From NCBI RefSeq assembly GCF_006345805.1, contig NC_042998.1, positions 126,046,001 to 126,110,000 of the forward strand: a stretch of DNA of 64,000 bases, in the 5' to 3' direction. Made by a program: the position numbers and the translations under genes. Positions 63,821 to 64,000 of this stretch are shown here, piece after piece (position 1 is the first letter of the stretch; each line of letters starts with the position of its first letter). The notes beneath the pieces are model-generated. The model worked only from the letters and a program-made list of their open reading frames with translations. It was not told the origin of the DNA and did not search any database. This DNA comes from Octopus sinensis (lineage: Eukaryota).

Positions 63821-64000
63821 GTGGAGTGTAGGTCTTCTTGAGTACATGAATTACACAATTTCCATTTTGATGATTTTTTTCAAGTACCCACTATACAACA
63901 TTTTTCTCCAATTGTGGACATTTGCTTGTTTACCTCTTCATTTATACATTTTTTTCTTTTTTTGACCTTGTCTGAAATTTAATACCTCGAGTTTTTCACT

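Noticed and set aside
1-64000. CRISPR arrays, rRNA or intact tRNA genes
   Set aside because: None seen; tRNA-like A/B boxes occur only as SINE heads.

Overview
AT-rich, microsatellite- and SINE-dense animal genomic DNA; the repeat families suggest an octopus/coleoid cephalopod (inference). Two protein-coding genes lie head-to-head about 5.4 kb apart. (1) A complete 16-exon crooked-neck/CRNKL1 (Clf1/SYF3) gene on the minus strand (ATG 28866, stop 7409, 2115 nt CDS, 704 aa); its intron 7 is a minor-spliceosome U12-type AT-AC intron. (2) The first four coding exons of AUP1 on the plus strand (ATG 34268, 24 kb first intron; the gene continues past the window). Introns and intergenic DNA hold a decayed Helitron, three DD37D maT elements (two share an internal deletion), mariner, Tc1 and Tigger relics, CR1-like and RTE LINE fragments, and many tRNA-derived SINEs. 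The top find lies between the two promoters: a type I hammerhead ribozyme motif of the Penelope/retrozyme class (CTGATGA..GAAAC-AGCT-GTA, palindromic helix III) beside nested long inverted repeats, whose inner arm carries a second, degenerate hammerhead-like core. Other candidates: an intronic C/D snoRNA-like sequence, an intronic RFX X-box promoter, long dsRNA-forming repeats in AUP1 pre-mRNA, and cryptic or poison exons. All coordinates and alignments were read by eye; no searches were run.
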